DNA of 64,000 nucleotides from a candidate division WS6 bacterium OLB20 (lineage in GTDB: Bacteria > Patescibacteriota > Dojkabacteria > B142 > OLB20): the NCBI GenBank assembly GCA_001567355.1, contig JYNZ01000003.1, positions 605,793 through 669,792 on the forward strand, written 5' to 3'. The notes beneath the pieces are model-generated. The model was given only the letters and a program-made list of their open reading frames with translations. It made no database searches and was not told where the DNA came from. The position numbers and the translations under genes are program-made. Positions 50,377 through 61,700 of the stretch are shown one piece after another (the stretch's first letter is position 1; every line of letters starts with the position of its first letter).

Positions 50377-53300
50377 TGCCGCAAGAGGCGTGGCAGGGTA
50401 CGCACATGGCAGCAGGATCCGTCTTTCACGCCTGAACAGGCGCAACCTGGTCTTAATGGTTACCGCAGTGGTTGGCATTCCGCTTGCAGCAATTGCACTG
50501 TCACTGCAGGAGCGGGTGATAATTCTTGACACGCAGGTGTTTGTCTATGGGGGCACACTTGGAGGTTCGTCAGCCGCAATAACACTTGCACAGGATGATA
50601 TCAGGGTCGTGATCGCGAGTGACACGCCGCATTTTGGCGGACAGGCTGTAGACTCGGGCATCAGTGCCTTTGACGAGGCAGGCCGCGGCTGGGAGAACTA
50701 CGGTGTATATGCTCAACTCAAACGCTACATCAGCGAAAAATACGACATCACCGAAGGCAGAAACTTCGGACCGGGTAACGCGGTCGTCGGGTCTCTGGCC
50801 ACCATGCCCGGGGATGTGGAGGAGTTTTTCCTGAACAGGTTCAGCGAACTTGATCCGCTCACATTCTTTTCTGACTACAAGCTCATGTCGGTTACAAAGG
50901 ATGAATACGGCAGTTACAGTGAAGCAGAGCTTGTAAACGAGAAGGAACGAATACGCCTGATTGTCAGATTTGATTATCTCGTGGACGGAACACAGACAGG
51001 AACGCTGATCGCAAAAACAGGGGCGGCATACAACATCGGATTTGATAAACGCGAAGAGACAAACGAGCCAAGCGCAATGACAGAGCAGGTGCGGGACTAT
51101 TTTATCAACGGATATACCGACCGCGAGAAGCAGCACGGAAAACTGGGAAACCGTGTGCAGAGTGTGTCAGCGATGCTTCCGATTTATGATCAGGGGTACA
51201 ACGGGTTTTACGCTAATGACCGTGCCATATCGGGCTGCTGGGAACAGTCAGAGATAAAACCCTATGTGGTCAGCGGGTCAGTCTTTGTCGCAACAGAAGC
51301 GGGATGTGAAATGACTATCACGCTGCAGCCCGAATTTACCGACGCGTATGATATCTGGTTTATCAATCACGGCAACGGCGCAATCGATGCATCGCTTAAA
51401 CTGGACGGTAACGAGCACAGCTACCGTTTTATCTCAACGCTTGATTCAGATCGGCACCGGCTTGGCACATTCTATCTCAGTAACTCTCAAAAGGTGGAGC
51501 TGAAACTGCGTGCCCCTGCAGAGGGGCATCAGGTTGAGGGACTGATACTGCAAAAGACAAACCTGCATCAGCAACCCGTCGTACTCAACAGTCCGATAAA
51601 TCAGAGACATGGTTTTACCAGCACTAAAATCAGAAGTTATCTCGCGGATATTTATGTGTTCTCGGATGCCGGCCTTGTGTCAAACGGTCTTTCGCTCAAC
51701 GACAGCAGGCTTGAACTGACAGAAACCGGTCCGCAAAGCTACCGTGCAGAACGTGTCCTGATTAACACTGAACGTAACTTTTTTGACTTTTCCAGTCAGG
51801 CTGATGCTGATGGTACAAAGCAGGTTCTGGTTATCCCGGTGCGACCGGTCAACTCGGGTGAGATCCAGCTTCTGTACGAAGATGCGGTACAGTATGGATC
51901 ATGGCAGCCCGGTGTCTCGCCCGACGGTCAGCCCAATTATGTTTCGGTCGGTGAATCGCTCTCACAATGGGAGATAACACCGGCAAAGACGGGTCGATAC
52001 CTGGTGTTGCTTGACTGGTTTCCGTTCTGGGACAGAACCACACGCGCAAGCATCAAAATATTTGACGCCGACACTGATGAGCAGCTGGCACGGTCTGTCT
52101 TCAGTCAGCGCTTTAAGCCGCGTGAGGATCAGATCCCGGTTATGACAGCAGATCTCGAAGCAGGCAGGACCTACAAGGTACGGTTTGAAAACTTTGAGGC
52201 AGGCCGCGTTCTCGATTTTGCTGATCTCAGCCTGATTCCGCTTGAGGATTCTAATTTCATTTATGTTGAGGACACTGCACTCAGTCTTTCGAGTGACAGG
52301 TACGAGGGTCTCTACGATCTGTGGCTGCTGCCCGCGGCAGAGCAGACGGCATCTGTTACCAAGGACGGCACGACATATAATACCGGCATCTCCAATACAA
52401 CAGCGTTTACGATTGCGGGACGGTTCTTTGTACACGAACGCTCCTCGGACAGTGTGTCCGGTCAGCAGATCATGCAGATGCTGCTGATACCAAGCTACCG
52501 TGCAAACTCGTACGTTAAAGAGGTCGATCTCAGCAGTCAGAACTATGTTGATATCCGGCAGCTGATACCCGGACGCTACATCATGACAACAAATTTTGAC
52601 CGTGACCTGGTCTTTGGTGAGTTAAAAGCAGGGAACGCACCCGAGCTGGAAGACAAAAGCGATATCCCGACCTACCGTGCAGATACCGGCCAGATAACAT
52701 CGACTGCCGCCATGCATCATGACGGTGCAACGCTGCAGATCGGATTTACGGGACTTGTCGGTCAGCCGAAGGGCAAGATTTATCTCTATGACGAGATCCC
52801 CGGCAGCTACAATACACAGCAGTTCCAGTTTGGTTTTCCGCTGCTTAAGGAGACTGACACCTCGCGTCAGATTTATTTTTCCCAGACATTTTTTAATTTC
52901 AGGAATGTCATAAGCCCGCAGAACCTGCTGGGCAGATCATGGGGACTGCCGTTTGAAAAAATGCTGGGAACAAACACACTCGGTCTATCGATTGCGGCCA
53001 CTCCCTTTAACGACTATGCACCGGTGACAGCGAACACACTCGAGACCCAGGAGCTTGAAGACAATGCCAAGCGTTTTTCGTACGCGTACTATTACTGGAT
53101 CAGGTATGATTCGCTGATCAACACAACGACAGCAGGATGCGATCCGGCGGACAGACTTCATTGTGACCCGCGACGGGTTGGACTGGCGGCAACCATCTAT
53201 GCAACCGACGACGGTTTTTCAAACCTTGTCTATTACCGTGAGGGCAGACGTCTGGTTACGGTCGATCCGATCACCGAGCAGGAGGTGACACTGCGCTATC

Positions 53301-54220
53301 TTGACTGCCGCAAGGATGACTGCAGCGAGACGACCTGTTATGACTATAAAAGCGGAGCACGTCACTGTATCGCTGCTGAGGACAAACAGACACCGGTACT
53401 CTTTAATGATGCGCTGGCCGCAGTGTATTATGACCTCGATTTCCATTCCTACTTTTCGCGTCTTGAAGAGATCCGCGGTGTGAGGCGTGACTTTCTGGCG
53501 TTTCTGCGTGATGAGAAGTTTCTGTCGGATGACGGGGAGATTGTTTTTGACCGCTACCGAAAATCAATGCCGGCAGAGATAACGGTTGGCTCGCTGATTC
53601 CTGTCGATTACAGCAATATCTTTCCTGCCTCAACCAACTTTGGTGTAACACAGATTACAAACAGTTACTTCAGAACGCACCAGATTGAGATGGCAGTCGG
53701 TACCTCTGCAGGTAACGTGATCTCGTTTCTGATCAGAAACGGCGTGCAGCCCGAACGTCTCGCCTCTGATGCTGAATTACGCCTGACAATGCAGCGTGAC
53801 CTGATCGAACGCAACATCGTTCTGTATCCGATTGATGATGTTGATTATTATGACCGGCTGCTCGTAAATGCTGTCCAGCGGCTGGTGCTTGAGGGGGATC
53901 TTTCTGTCTCTGTCGATCTGACGGGAACGAGCACGGTTCTGTACAAAGTTTTCAGCTCCCAGCCTGTGAGCGCTCGGGATGCCGAGCTGCAGAAGCTGCT
54001 GCTGCCCGAACTTGAAGGGCTGGCAACGATGAATGATCTGATTGAGCCGTTTATTGAGGAGGGCACAGAGCTTACACCCGAACAGCGAAAGGAATTAGGC
54101 CGGAATCTTGGTATAGTGAACTGGGGAGACCGTGACAGGGATGCGGAGGAACTGCTCCGGTCGATACCTGCCCGGTCAAGCCTGTTTAAAGCTGTCTACC
54201 TTGGAATTTATGAAAACTAG
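50336..54220 (+). CDS. Giant (1294 aa) membrane-anchored protein with an N-terminal Rossmann-like (FAD_oxidored/PF12831-like) dinucleotide-binding motif and about 1100 aa of unassigned beta-rich sequence
   Basis: TM helix LVLMVTAVVGIPLAAIALSL, then QVFVYGGTLGGSSAAITLAQDDIRVVIASDTPHFGGQAV. No other motif is recognised. The alternative start is ATG 50456. Confidence 0.65.
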   Translation: MTRFLKSIQNRITDAARGVAGYAHGSRIRLSRLNRRNLVLMVTAVVGIPLAAIALSLQERVIILDTQVFVYGGTLGGSSAAITLAQDDIRVVIASDTPHFGGQAVDSGISAFDEAGRGWENYGVYAQLKRYISEKYDITEGRNFGPGNAVVGSLATMPGDVEEFFLNRFSELDPLTFFSDYKLMSVTKDEYGSYSEAELVNEKERIRLIVRFDYLVDGTQTGTLIAKTGAAYNIGFDKREETNEPSAMTEQVRDYFINGYTDREKQHGKLGNRVQSVSAMLPIYDQGYNGFYANDRAISGCWEQSEIKPYVVSGSVFVATEAGCEMTITLQPEFTDAYDIWFINHGNGAIDASLKLDGNEHSYRFISTLDSDRHRLGTFYLSNSQKVELKLRAPAEGHQVEGLILQKTNLHQQPVVLNSPINQRHGFTSTKIRSYLADIYVFSDAGLVSNGLSLNDSRLELTETGPQSYRAERVLINTERNFFDFSSQADADGTKQVLVIPVRPVNSGEIQLLYEDAVQYGSWQPGVSPDGQPNYVSVGESLSQWEITPAKTGRYLVLLDWFPFWDRTTRASIKIFDADTDEQLARSVFSQRFKPREDQIPVMTADLEAGRTYKVRFENFEAGRVLDFADLSLIPLEDSNFIYVEDTALSLSSDRYEGLYDLWLLPAAEQTASVTKDGTTYNTGISNTTAFTIAGRFFVHERSSDSVSGQQIMQMLLIPSYRANSYVKEVDLSSQNYVDIRQLIPGRYIMTTNFDRDLVFGELKAGNAPELEDKSDIPTYRADTGQITSTAAMHHDGATLQIGFTGLVGQPKGKIYLYDEIPGSYNTQQFQFGFPLLKETDTSRQIYFSQTFFNFRNVISPQNLLGRSWGLPFEKMLGTNTLGLSIAATPFNDYAPVTANTLETQELEDNAKRFSYAYYYWIRYDSLINTTTAGCDPADRLHCDPRRVGLAATIYATDDGFSNLVYYREGRRLVTVDPITEQEVTLRYLDCRKDDCSETTCYDYKSGARHCIAAEDKQTPVLFNDALAAVYYDLDFHSYFSRLEEIRGVRRDFLAFLRDEKFLSDDGEIVFDRYRKSMPAEITVGSLIPVDYSNIFPASTNFGVTQITNSYFRTHQIEMAVGTSAGNVISFLIRNGVQPERLASDAELRLTMQRDLIERNIVLYPIDDVDYYDRLLVNAVQRLVLEGDLSVSVDLTGTSTVLYKVFSSQPVSARDAELQKLLLPELEGLATMNDLIEPFIEEGTELTPEQRKELGRNLGIVNWGDRDRDAEELLRSIPARSSLFKAVYLGIYEN

Positions 54221-55691
54221 ACTCAAACATTACACACGGCTTGTTTACCCGTTCGCGGTACTGATCCTTGCTGTACTTGTTTATCTGCGCAGTTCGCATG
54301 CATTTCTTATCTCTCCTGACAGTTACGATATCCTGCTGACTGCAAAAGCGCTGGTGACAACAGGCACCATTGATGTGATTCATCTCGACGGTTACTGGAC
54401 GGCTCTTGCTCCGTTTTCACGCTACGGTGCGGCAATCGTGATAGCGGCAGTGCACACGGTGACCGGTGTATCACTGATCACATCGGCAAAGGCATTGTCT
54501 ATGGGATTGTTTCTGGCAACATGGTCAGCACTGCTTGTCTGGGCTCTAAAAAAATATCCCAAAAAACATTCCGAAGTACTGCTTGTCTGGTCATTATTTG
54601 TGCTTTCATTTGCACAGCTGTTCTGGGTTCAGATGATTGTGGCCGACATGCTGGCTGCTGCTGTCTTCACTGCCGGACTGCTGCTGACCGATCTGCAGAT
54701 AAACAGACGCGGTCGCTATCTTGGGCTTGTCATTGGTGCGCTTGTGTTTATCCGCTGGGAGATCGCAATTCTGCTGCTGCTGATTGCGTCTGTCCGGCAC
54801 CGGTATCGCCCCTCAGAAACACTGCTGCTGCTGATGCCCGGTGTGCTCACGTATCTCCTGTTTCTTGCTGCAACCACCGACTCGACACGATATGTCGATT
54901 ACCATACCGCCCGTCTTCAGGAGGGGATCCTGCTAAGTCCGCTCCTGCTGATCCTGGGGCTGGTGCTGCTGGTGTTTGTGTTTATCCGCTTCAGGAGCAA
55001 TCTGTTGCATCTGCTGCTTGGCGCGGCACTGCTTGTGCCAGGGGTACTGTTTTTTGAACAGCACGACATTCTGGGGACACTGGGAAATGCGTTGTTCCTG
55101 TTTGGTCACGAACTGCCGCTGTTTGTGCTGGTACTGGTCTCGCTGTTTGTCGCCCGAAAAGAAAACTTTGAGACAGTCAAACTCTATATCGGGCTGGCCG
55201 GACTGATGGTATTTACCTACCACTTCTATTTTCAGCATTACACGATTATTCTGCCTCTGGCTTTTATTGCCGTTGTTATGTCACTGCAGGCGGCACATCT
55301 GCATAAGCGCCAGATCGCGTTTCTGCCCGTGCTGCTGGTGATCTCGCTGCTTATGCTGGTGATTGAGCTGCCGCGGCAGGCACCTGACTCGCCGGATATC
55401 TACTCGAGCGCATTTGGATACTACAGCAGCCGGCAGTTGCAGCCCTGCCTGACTTCGGGGACTATCGAGACAAGTTTTGTTCCAGAGCTTCTGTTCTGGC
55501 GCTTCCAGGACCGCTCACGGATTGCTTCTATCGGCGACATTGCCACAGATGCGACGATTGTCGACCGCGAGTATGCTCTCCGGAATGAGCTGTCCAGCAA
55601 TCAGTATGCAAAAGTTGAGATTGACAACTCACTGCTTGTCCGCGGACAGGGCAGGTACAATCCATGGCTGTATATTCGATGCGGTCAGTGA
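54210..55691 (+). CDS. Polytopic membrane protein, GT-C-like (putative glycosyl/arabinosyl transferase)
   Basis: The internal ATG at 54210 overlaps the upstream stop by 11 nt. About 13 TM helices, with an early loop ISPDSYDILLTAKALVTTG. Confidence 0.55.
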   Translation: MKTRLKHYTRLVYPFAVLILAVLVYLRSSHAFLISPDSYDILLTAKALVTTGTIDVIHLDGYWTALAPFSRYGAAIVIAAVHTVTGVSLITSAKALSMGLFLATWSALLVWALKKYPKKHSEVLLVWSLFVLSFAQLFWVQMIVADMLAAAVFTAGLLLTDLQINRRGRYLGLVIGALVFIRWEIAILLLLIASVRHRYRPSETLLLLMPGVLTYLLFLAATTDSTRYVDYHTARLQEGILLSPLLLILGLVLLVFVFIRFRSNLLHLLLGAALLVPGVLFFEQHDILGTLGNALFLFGHELPLFVLVLVSLFVARKENFETVKLYIGLAGLMVFTYHFYFQHYTIILPLAFIAVVMSLQAAHLHKRQIAFLPVLLVISLLMLVIELPRQAPDSPDIYSSAFGYYSSRQLQPCLTSGTIETSFVPELLFWRFQDRSRIASIGDIATDATIVDREYALRNELSSNQYAKVEIDNSLLVRGQGRYNPWLYIRCGQ

Positions 55692-55759
55692 CCGTATACC
55701 CTGTATACCTGTTTATGGTATAGTACCGGCAGAACGTTTAATTAATCCATAATTAAATC

Positions 55760-56143
55760 ATGTACCACGCCATCATTCTCGAAAATTCCCTGACAGACCC
55801 TGACAGTTTTCTGGAAGAATATGTTCCGTTTGCCATTAAGCATCTGACGGACAGCGGCTGGATCGTACAGGGGGTTGAGGTAAAAGACTCAGAAATTGAT
55901 GCTTTTACAGCCGCGTTGCAGGAACAGATGCAGCAGGGGCCCTGGTATAACCATATGTACAATGAGTCAGGTGAACTGACCATCGTATTCAAAGACAGGA
56001 TCTACCGGGTCGAAACTCCTGATGACATAATGCCCGTCTGGGAGTACGCTAAAGAACTCAACATTCCTGAAGAGCAGCTGCAGTTTGAGCCGGCATCGTT
56101 TGAGGAGGAAGAGGAGTTTTTTACGAACGGCAGCGCTGACTGA
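55760..56143 (+). CDS. Hypothetical acidic cytoplasmic protein
   Basis: 127-aa ORF. Confidence 0.45.
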   Translation: MYHAIILENSLTDPDSFLEEYVPFAIKHLTDSGWIVQGVEVKDSEIDAFTAALQEQMQQGPWYNHMYNESGELTIVFKDRIYRVETPDDIMPVWEYAKELNIPEEQLQFEPASFEEEEEFFTNGSAD

Positions 56144-56276
56144 GAAGGGTGTTTGTCGCCCTGCGCTTATAAGATCTCAGCTTGTCTGAGCGGTCGCTTG
56201 TCTCTTTTCACTATCCGGCAGGGGCGGCCCCACCCCTCTTACGTTCATTCTAGCTGACAGGTATTAATAAATCCTT

Positions 56277-57483
56277 ATGTCCCAACCCCTCGCAGAAAAA
56301 CTCAGACCCCGCTCACTTGACGACTACGCCGGCCAGGAACACCTGATCGGTAAGGATAAGCCGCTGCGTACGATGCTTGAGCAGGGCAAGGCAGTCTCAA
56401 TGATCCTCTGGGGACCTCCGGGCAGCGGCAAGACCACACTGGCTAAACTCATAGCCGAGTACGTAAAGGCGGAGTTTGAACAGCTGTCGGCAGTAACAAG
56501 CGGCGTTGCCGATCTGCGCGAAGTGATCAAGCGTGCGCAGGAACGCGGACAGTATCACGGCTTTGAGACAATCCTGTTTATTGATGAGATCCACCGGTTT
56601 AACCGCGCTCAGCAGGATGCCCTGCTGCCGTATGTCGAGGATGGAACAATCACGCTGATAGGTGCAACAACCGAGAACCCAGGCTTTGAGGTAAACGCTC
56701 CGCTGATTTCCAGAAGCCGCGTGTTTAAGCTGGATCCGCTGTCCGATGATGCCGTGCGAGACATAATCAAAAAGGCTGTCAAAGAGTATCCGGCTGTCAA
56801 ATGGGATAAAAAGGCCATTGAGCACATGGTTCTGCATGCCAATGGTGACGCGCGTACGGCGCTTAATGCGGTTGAGCTGGCTGCATCCCTCACCAGGCAT
56901 GTCACACTCAAGGTCGCAGAAGAAGCGCTGCAGCGCAAATCAATCTACTATGATAAAAAGGCCGACGAACATTACGACACCATCTCTGCATTTATCAAAA
57001 GCATGCGTGGCAGTGACGCCAGCGCAACGCTGCATTATCTTGCCAGGATGCTTAAGGCAGGAGAAGACCCGATGTTTATCGCACGCCGGATGGTGATTTT
57101 TGCCTCGGAAGATATCTCAAATGCGGCACCGACCGCCCTGGTGCTGGCTACGACCTGCATGCAGGCCGTGCACATGATCGGCATGCCTGAGGCACAGCTG
57201 ATCCTTGCGCAGACAGCAACGTACCTCGCATCCGCTCCCAAATCAATCGCGTCTATGACAGGTCTGTTTGAGGCGATGCAGGATCTTGATACCCAGCGTG
57301 TCGAGCCTGTTCCGCTGCATCTGCGCAACGAAAAAAAACAAGCTGATGAAGCAGTTTGACTATGGCAAAGGTCATGTCCGTTACCCCTGGATGCAGGAGC
57401 GTGAGTCGGGGGAGCGCCCTGACCAGCAGTATCTGCCTGACAACCTCAAGGACCGTGACTACTACCGCCCGGACTGGAAATGA
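56277..57483 (+). CDS. rarA: Replication-associated recombination protein A (AAA+ ATPase RarA/MgsA); frameshift in an A8 run 57331..57338
   Basis: Walker A GPPGSGKTTLAKL. The C-terminal KLMKQFDYGKGHVRYPWMQE is in the +1 frame (ORF 57268..57483), and seven A restore HLRNEKNKLMKQFDYGKGH. Confidence 0.85.
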
Positions 57484-57555
57484 TTCCTGTGGGATCATAA
57501 TACATGTGGCGATACCTATCTCGTCTGATACAATACATATATAGTTATATGTGCT

Positions 57556-58452
57556 ATGGAAAAGATAAGCCTGGCTGGTGTACGTGCTCCATCCCGTAAT
57601 CTGTTGCGTGAGGCACAGCAGATAGACTTCGGTGCTTACGGCGACAGCACCGGCGGTCAGAAGCTGCTTGCGTTTATCCGTAACCATCCGCTGACTGCAG
57701 AATTTAACAGCAGATTAGTGGAAGAGCTCAACAGACAGGGGATATCAACAGATACGGACGAAAGAGAATTTAATCAGAGATTACACGGTTCGCTGCATCA
57801 GCATGAGGCAGCTGTAACACTGGGCGGTTTTTTCTCTGTGACATACCCTCCGTTTCACCGCAAGCTGCGAGAACAGGGTGTAGATCTTATCAGTCCCGTT
57901 CTTGTCTGTGACCCGGCAACATGGTCGCCGGATGTACCGGAGCTGGCCACTGATCTGTTCCTGAGTATTTATGACACGCATATTACTGCTGTGGCGGGTA
58001 AGATCGCCCGCAGGGAGGTGCTCTCGGAGTATGATGTTTTTGAGAAGGATCGCGGGTTTGCAGCTGCAGCCCACGCCGCATACCAGATACTTGCAGATAC
58101 TGCGGATTACAAGAACTACGGACTGGATGGCACAGGTCTGCTGGTCGGTGGATTTGGCACCGGGATGGAGCGTGTCGAAGCAGGGATGCGCACGGATCAC
58201 AGTCAGGACGTTCTCTACCGGGCATTTGCTCAGGAGGCTAAGGCAAACCTGAGTGTTGTGCATCAGAACAGGGCTGCACGCACCGATGCGGAGGGACGCT
58301 ACTGTCCGCATGCTGATCTGGTTGAGCCGTTTGGTAATCTCGCAGGGACAACGTGTTTTGCGTTTCTTGATTCCGGTTCGTTCAGGCAGCTTCTCACTGA
58401 TGATGCCCAGTTTGTACGTCTGATCGTGGAGCAGCTGACAGCAAGAAAATAA
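57556..58452 (+). CDS. Hypothetical protein
   Basis: 298-aa ORF with no motif. Confidence 0.5.
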   Translation: MEKISLAGVRAPSRNLLREAQQIDFGAYGDSTGGQKLLAFIRNHPLTAEFNSRLVEELNRQGISTDTDEREFNQRLHGSLHQHEAAVTLGGFFSVTYPPFHRKLREQGVDLISPVLVCDPATWSPDVPELATDLFLSIYDTHITAVAGKIARREVLSEYDVFEKDRGFAAAAHAAYQILADTADYKNYGLDGTGLLVGGFGTGMERVEAGMRTDHSQDVLYRAFAQEAKANLSVVHQNRAARTDAEGRYCPHADLVEPFGNLAGTTCFAFLDSGSFRQLLTDDAQFVRLIVEQLTARK

Positions 58453-58479
58453 GCTCGATCGAGTGTATCTGTGACAAAA

Positions 58480-58509
58480 TTGACACAGACACGTTTTTCT
58501 GTGTAGATT
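58480..58509 (+). promoter_or_regulatory. Candidate sigma-70 promoter upstream of rpoB with an embedded inverted repeat
   Basis: TTGACA (58480..58485), a 17/18-nt spacer, then gTAGATt. The 7-bp inverted repeat ACACAGA-N8-TCTGTGT (58483..58504) lies across the spacer. A second candidate is TTGACT-N18-TATAGA at 58579..58608. Confidence 0.35.
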
Positions 58510-58685
58510 AGTAGCAAATCTTCTTGCAATAGCAACTCTTCAACGGTAGTATTAAATACCTGTCATCTGGTTGTTTACTTGACTTCATCCGCTTATCTGT
58601 GTTATAGAACATCTGCCTTGCAACTACGTGGGAACCTTTGAAGAGAAGCAGCTTTCCAAACAAGTAAATAGTCCGGATTTACAAA

Positions 58686-58706
58686 ACGCACGCCTGTGCG
58701 TATTTT
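58686..58706 (+). terminator. Hairpin plus T-tract in the rpoB leader (attenuator candidate)
   Basis: aaaACGCAC-gcct-GTGCGTattttg, about 90 nt upstream of the rpoB ATG and downstream of both candidate promoters. Confidence 0.35.
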
Positions 58707-58794
58707 GCATTTATTAGCGCGTATAGCAGGCAACGCTTTCCTAAAGAGTAACTTTAAGAAGCATTATTTTATTCCTTGAAGCGGGGTCCTTTTT

Positions 58795-61700
58795 ATGAAG
58801 AACCAATCACACAACCGGCTCAATCTTGCGGCAGAAGAGCTGGCAACGCTTTCCCCCAACCTGATCGAAGCTCATATGGCATCGTTCAACGAACTTATGG
58901 AGGAGGGTATCACTGAGATTTTTGACGAGGTAAACCCGATCACCGACTACACCGGTGAATCGTGGGAGCTCAGGTTTGAAGACCTGGAGTGGGGAGAAGA
59001 CAATATGGATATGATGACAGCCCTTAAACTCGGGCTTTCGTTTGACCGCCCTCTCTACGTAAATACAAAGCTGATCAACAAAAAGACCGGCGAGATAAAA
59101 AAACAGAAACTGTTCGTATCAGATGTTCCTATGATGAGTCACCTGGGAACATTTGCTATTAACGGACATGAGCGTGTCGTTGTCATGCAGATTGTCCGTG
59201 CAGAAGGTGTTCTGTTCTTTGAGTCAAAACAGACAGGCGCAAAATCCCCGCTCTATGCCGTAAAACTGATGCCGCTGCGAGGCCGCTGGTTTGACTTTGA
59301 GGTCAACAAGCATGGTGTCATGTCGGTTAAACTGGTCGACAAACGTCCCCGTATCCTTCTGACAACGCTTCTTCGCGCACTCGGATACTCAAGCGACAGC
59401 GACATCCGCCGCGCAATCGGAAAGATCGACATTAAAGATGTCGACTTCCTCGAGAACACGCTGAAAAAGGACATTACCACCAATACTGACGAAGCTCTGC
59501 TTGAGATCTACCGCAAGCTTCGCCCTGAGGATTCGGTAAACATCGAAAACGCAAAGGAATTTCTGGAAAGCATCTTCTTTAACAAGAGGCGGTTCTATCT
59601 TGGAAAGATCGGACGCTACCAGCTGAATACCAAACTAGGTATTAAAAAGAAGATCACATCAGAAGACTATGTTCTGCATAAAGAAGACCTGGTTCACATC
59701 GTCCGTGCTGTAATCGAGCTCAATACCGGACTCAAGGAGGTTGATGACATCGATACACTGGCAAACCGCCGTATCCGCGGAGTAGGAGAATTGATCGGTG
59801 AGCGCATCCGCATGGGTGTGCTGCGTATGGAAAAGAACATCCGTGACCGAATGAGCACATACGGACCTGAAGATCTTGTGACACCGTCACTGCTGGTTAA
59901 CACCAAGCCGGTGATCGCTGCCATTAATCAGTTCTTCGGCAGCAGTCCCGTGTCCCGTTACATGGATCAGGAGAACATTCTTTCCGAGCTTGAGACCAAG
60001 CGCCGCATCACAGCAGGTGGTCCCCGCGGACTTACCAAGGAGCGCGCGACATTCTCTGTACGTGACGTACACAGCTCGCATTACTCAAAGCTTTGCCCTG
60101 TTGCCACACCGGAAGGACCGTCGATCGGTATTGTTTCGCACATGGCGATCTATGCGCGTATCAATGAGTACGGTTTTCTGGAGGCTCCCTACTACCGCAT
60201 TCTCAGCAATGTTGACCTGAATGATGAAAAGCTTAATCAGGAACTTCTGATCGGAGCTGTCATGCGTGCGGATGCAAAGGATGCAGACGGCAAGGTCATA
60301 GTTAAAAAAGGTGCAAAACTCAGCAAGGCAGATCTTTCCAAACTTGAAAAGGCAGGAGTGACACAGTTCAAGGTAGACCCGCAGGTCACTGATGATGTTG
60401 TCTACCTGAATGCAGACGAAGAACGGCGCTTCCGCATCGGTCCTGCAAGCATTCACTCTGAAGGCGAGATCGCATTTGAAAAGAACGATAAAGTGTTTGT
60501 ACGTGTGCAGGGCGGCTACCGCAAGGTGCCTGTCTCTGAACTTGATTTTGTAGATATCAACCCCGGCCAGATTGCAGGTCTCGGTCTGTCACTTGTACCG
60601 TTTGGTTTCAATGATGACCCGACCCGTACGCTTATGGCATCAAACATGCAGCGTCAGGCGGTCCCGCTGCTCAAACCGAGATCACCGATTGTCGGTACCG
60701 GTTTTGAGGAGGTTGTGGCAAAGGCATCAGGGCGCACCATCTATGCAGAACAAGACGGAACAGTCCTTGAATCAGATGCCGGTGCTGTAACCGTGCAATA
60801 CAAGGACAAGTCAAAGCAGCGCTTTGACCTGGTCAGGTTCCACAAAACCAACCAGAATACATCATTCTCACAGACACTTCGGGTGGTCAAGGGACAGAAC
60901 TTCAAGGCAGGCGAGATCCTGATTGACGGTCCTTCGACCGAAATGGGAGAACTTGCCCTTGGAGTCAACCTGACAGCCGCCTACATGGTGTATGAGGGCT
61001 ACAACTACGAAGACGCTATCATTATCTCGGAACGCCTCGTCAAGGACGACGTTCTGACGTCGGTACATGTAAAGGAATACGTTCAGGACATCCGTGAGAC
61101 TAAACTCGGTAACGAGCAGATCACCCGTGACATCCCTAACGTCGGCGAGTTTGCACTCCGCAACCTTGATGAAGAGGGTATCGTCCGGGTCGGCGCTGCA
61201 GTCGAGTCACAGGACATCCTTGTCGGTATCATTGCTCCCAAGGGAGAGACCGAGCTGACCGCAGAAGAAAAACTGCTGCGCGCTATCTTTGGAGAATATG
61301 CCCGTGATGTGCGCGACAACTCGCTGCGTATGCCCCACGGAGACAAAGGTATTGTTATTGCAGTCCAGGTACTTGATAAGTCAAAGGGTGATAAACTCAA
61401 CCCCGGCGTTCTGAAACAGGTAAAGGTGTGGGTGGCACGCACTTCAAAGATCTCGGTTGGAGACAAACTGACCGGTATCCACGGAGACAAGGGTGTTATC
61501 AGTAAGATCCTTCCTGAAGAGGAAATGCCGTACATGGAAGACGGAACACCGATCGACATCATTCTGTCGCCGATGTTTGTAAAACGTATGAACCTCGGTC
61601 AGATCCGCGAAATGGAAACAGCAGCCTTTGCCAAGAAACTTGGCATCAAGGTAACTGTTCCTCCGTTTGCCAAGCTGGACATGGAAAAACTGACCAAGCT

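Noticed and set aside
54521-55057. 178-aa Cys/Ala-rich plus-strand ORF in an alternative frame
   Set aside because: It lies inside the GT-C-like membrane protein gene. It has low complexity and no start context.
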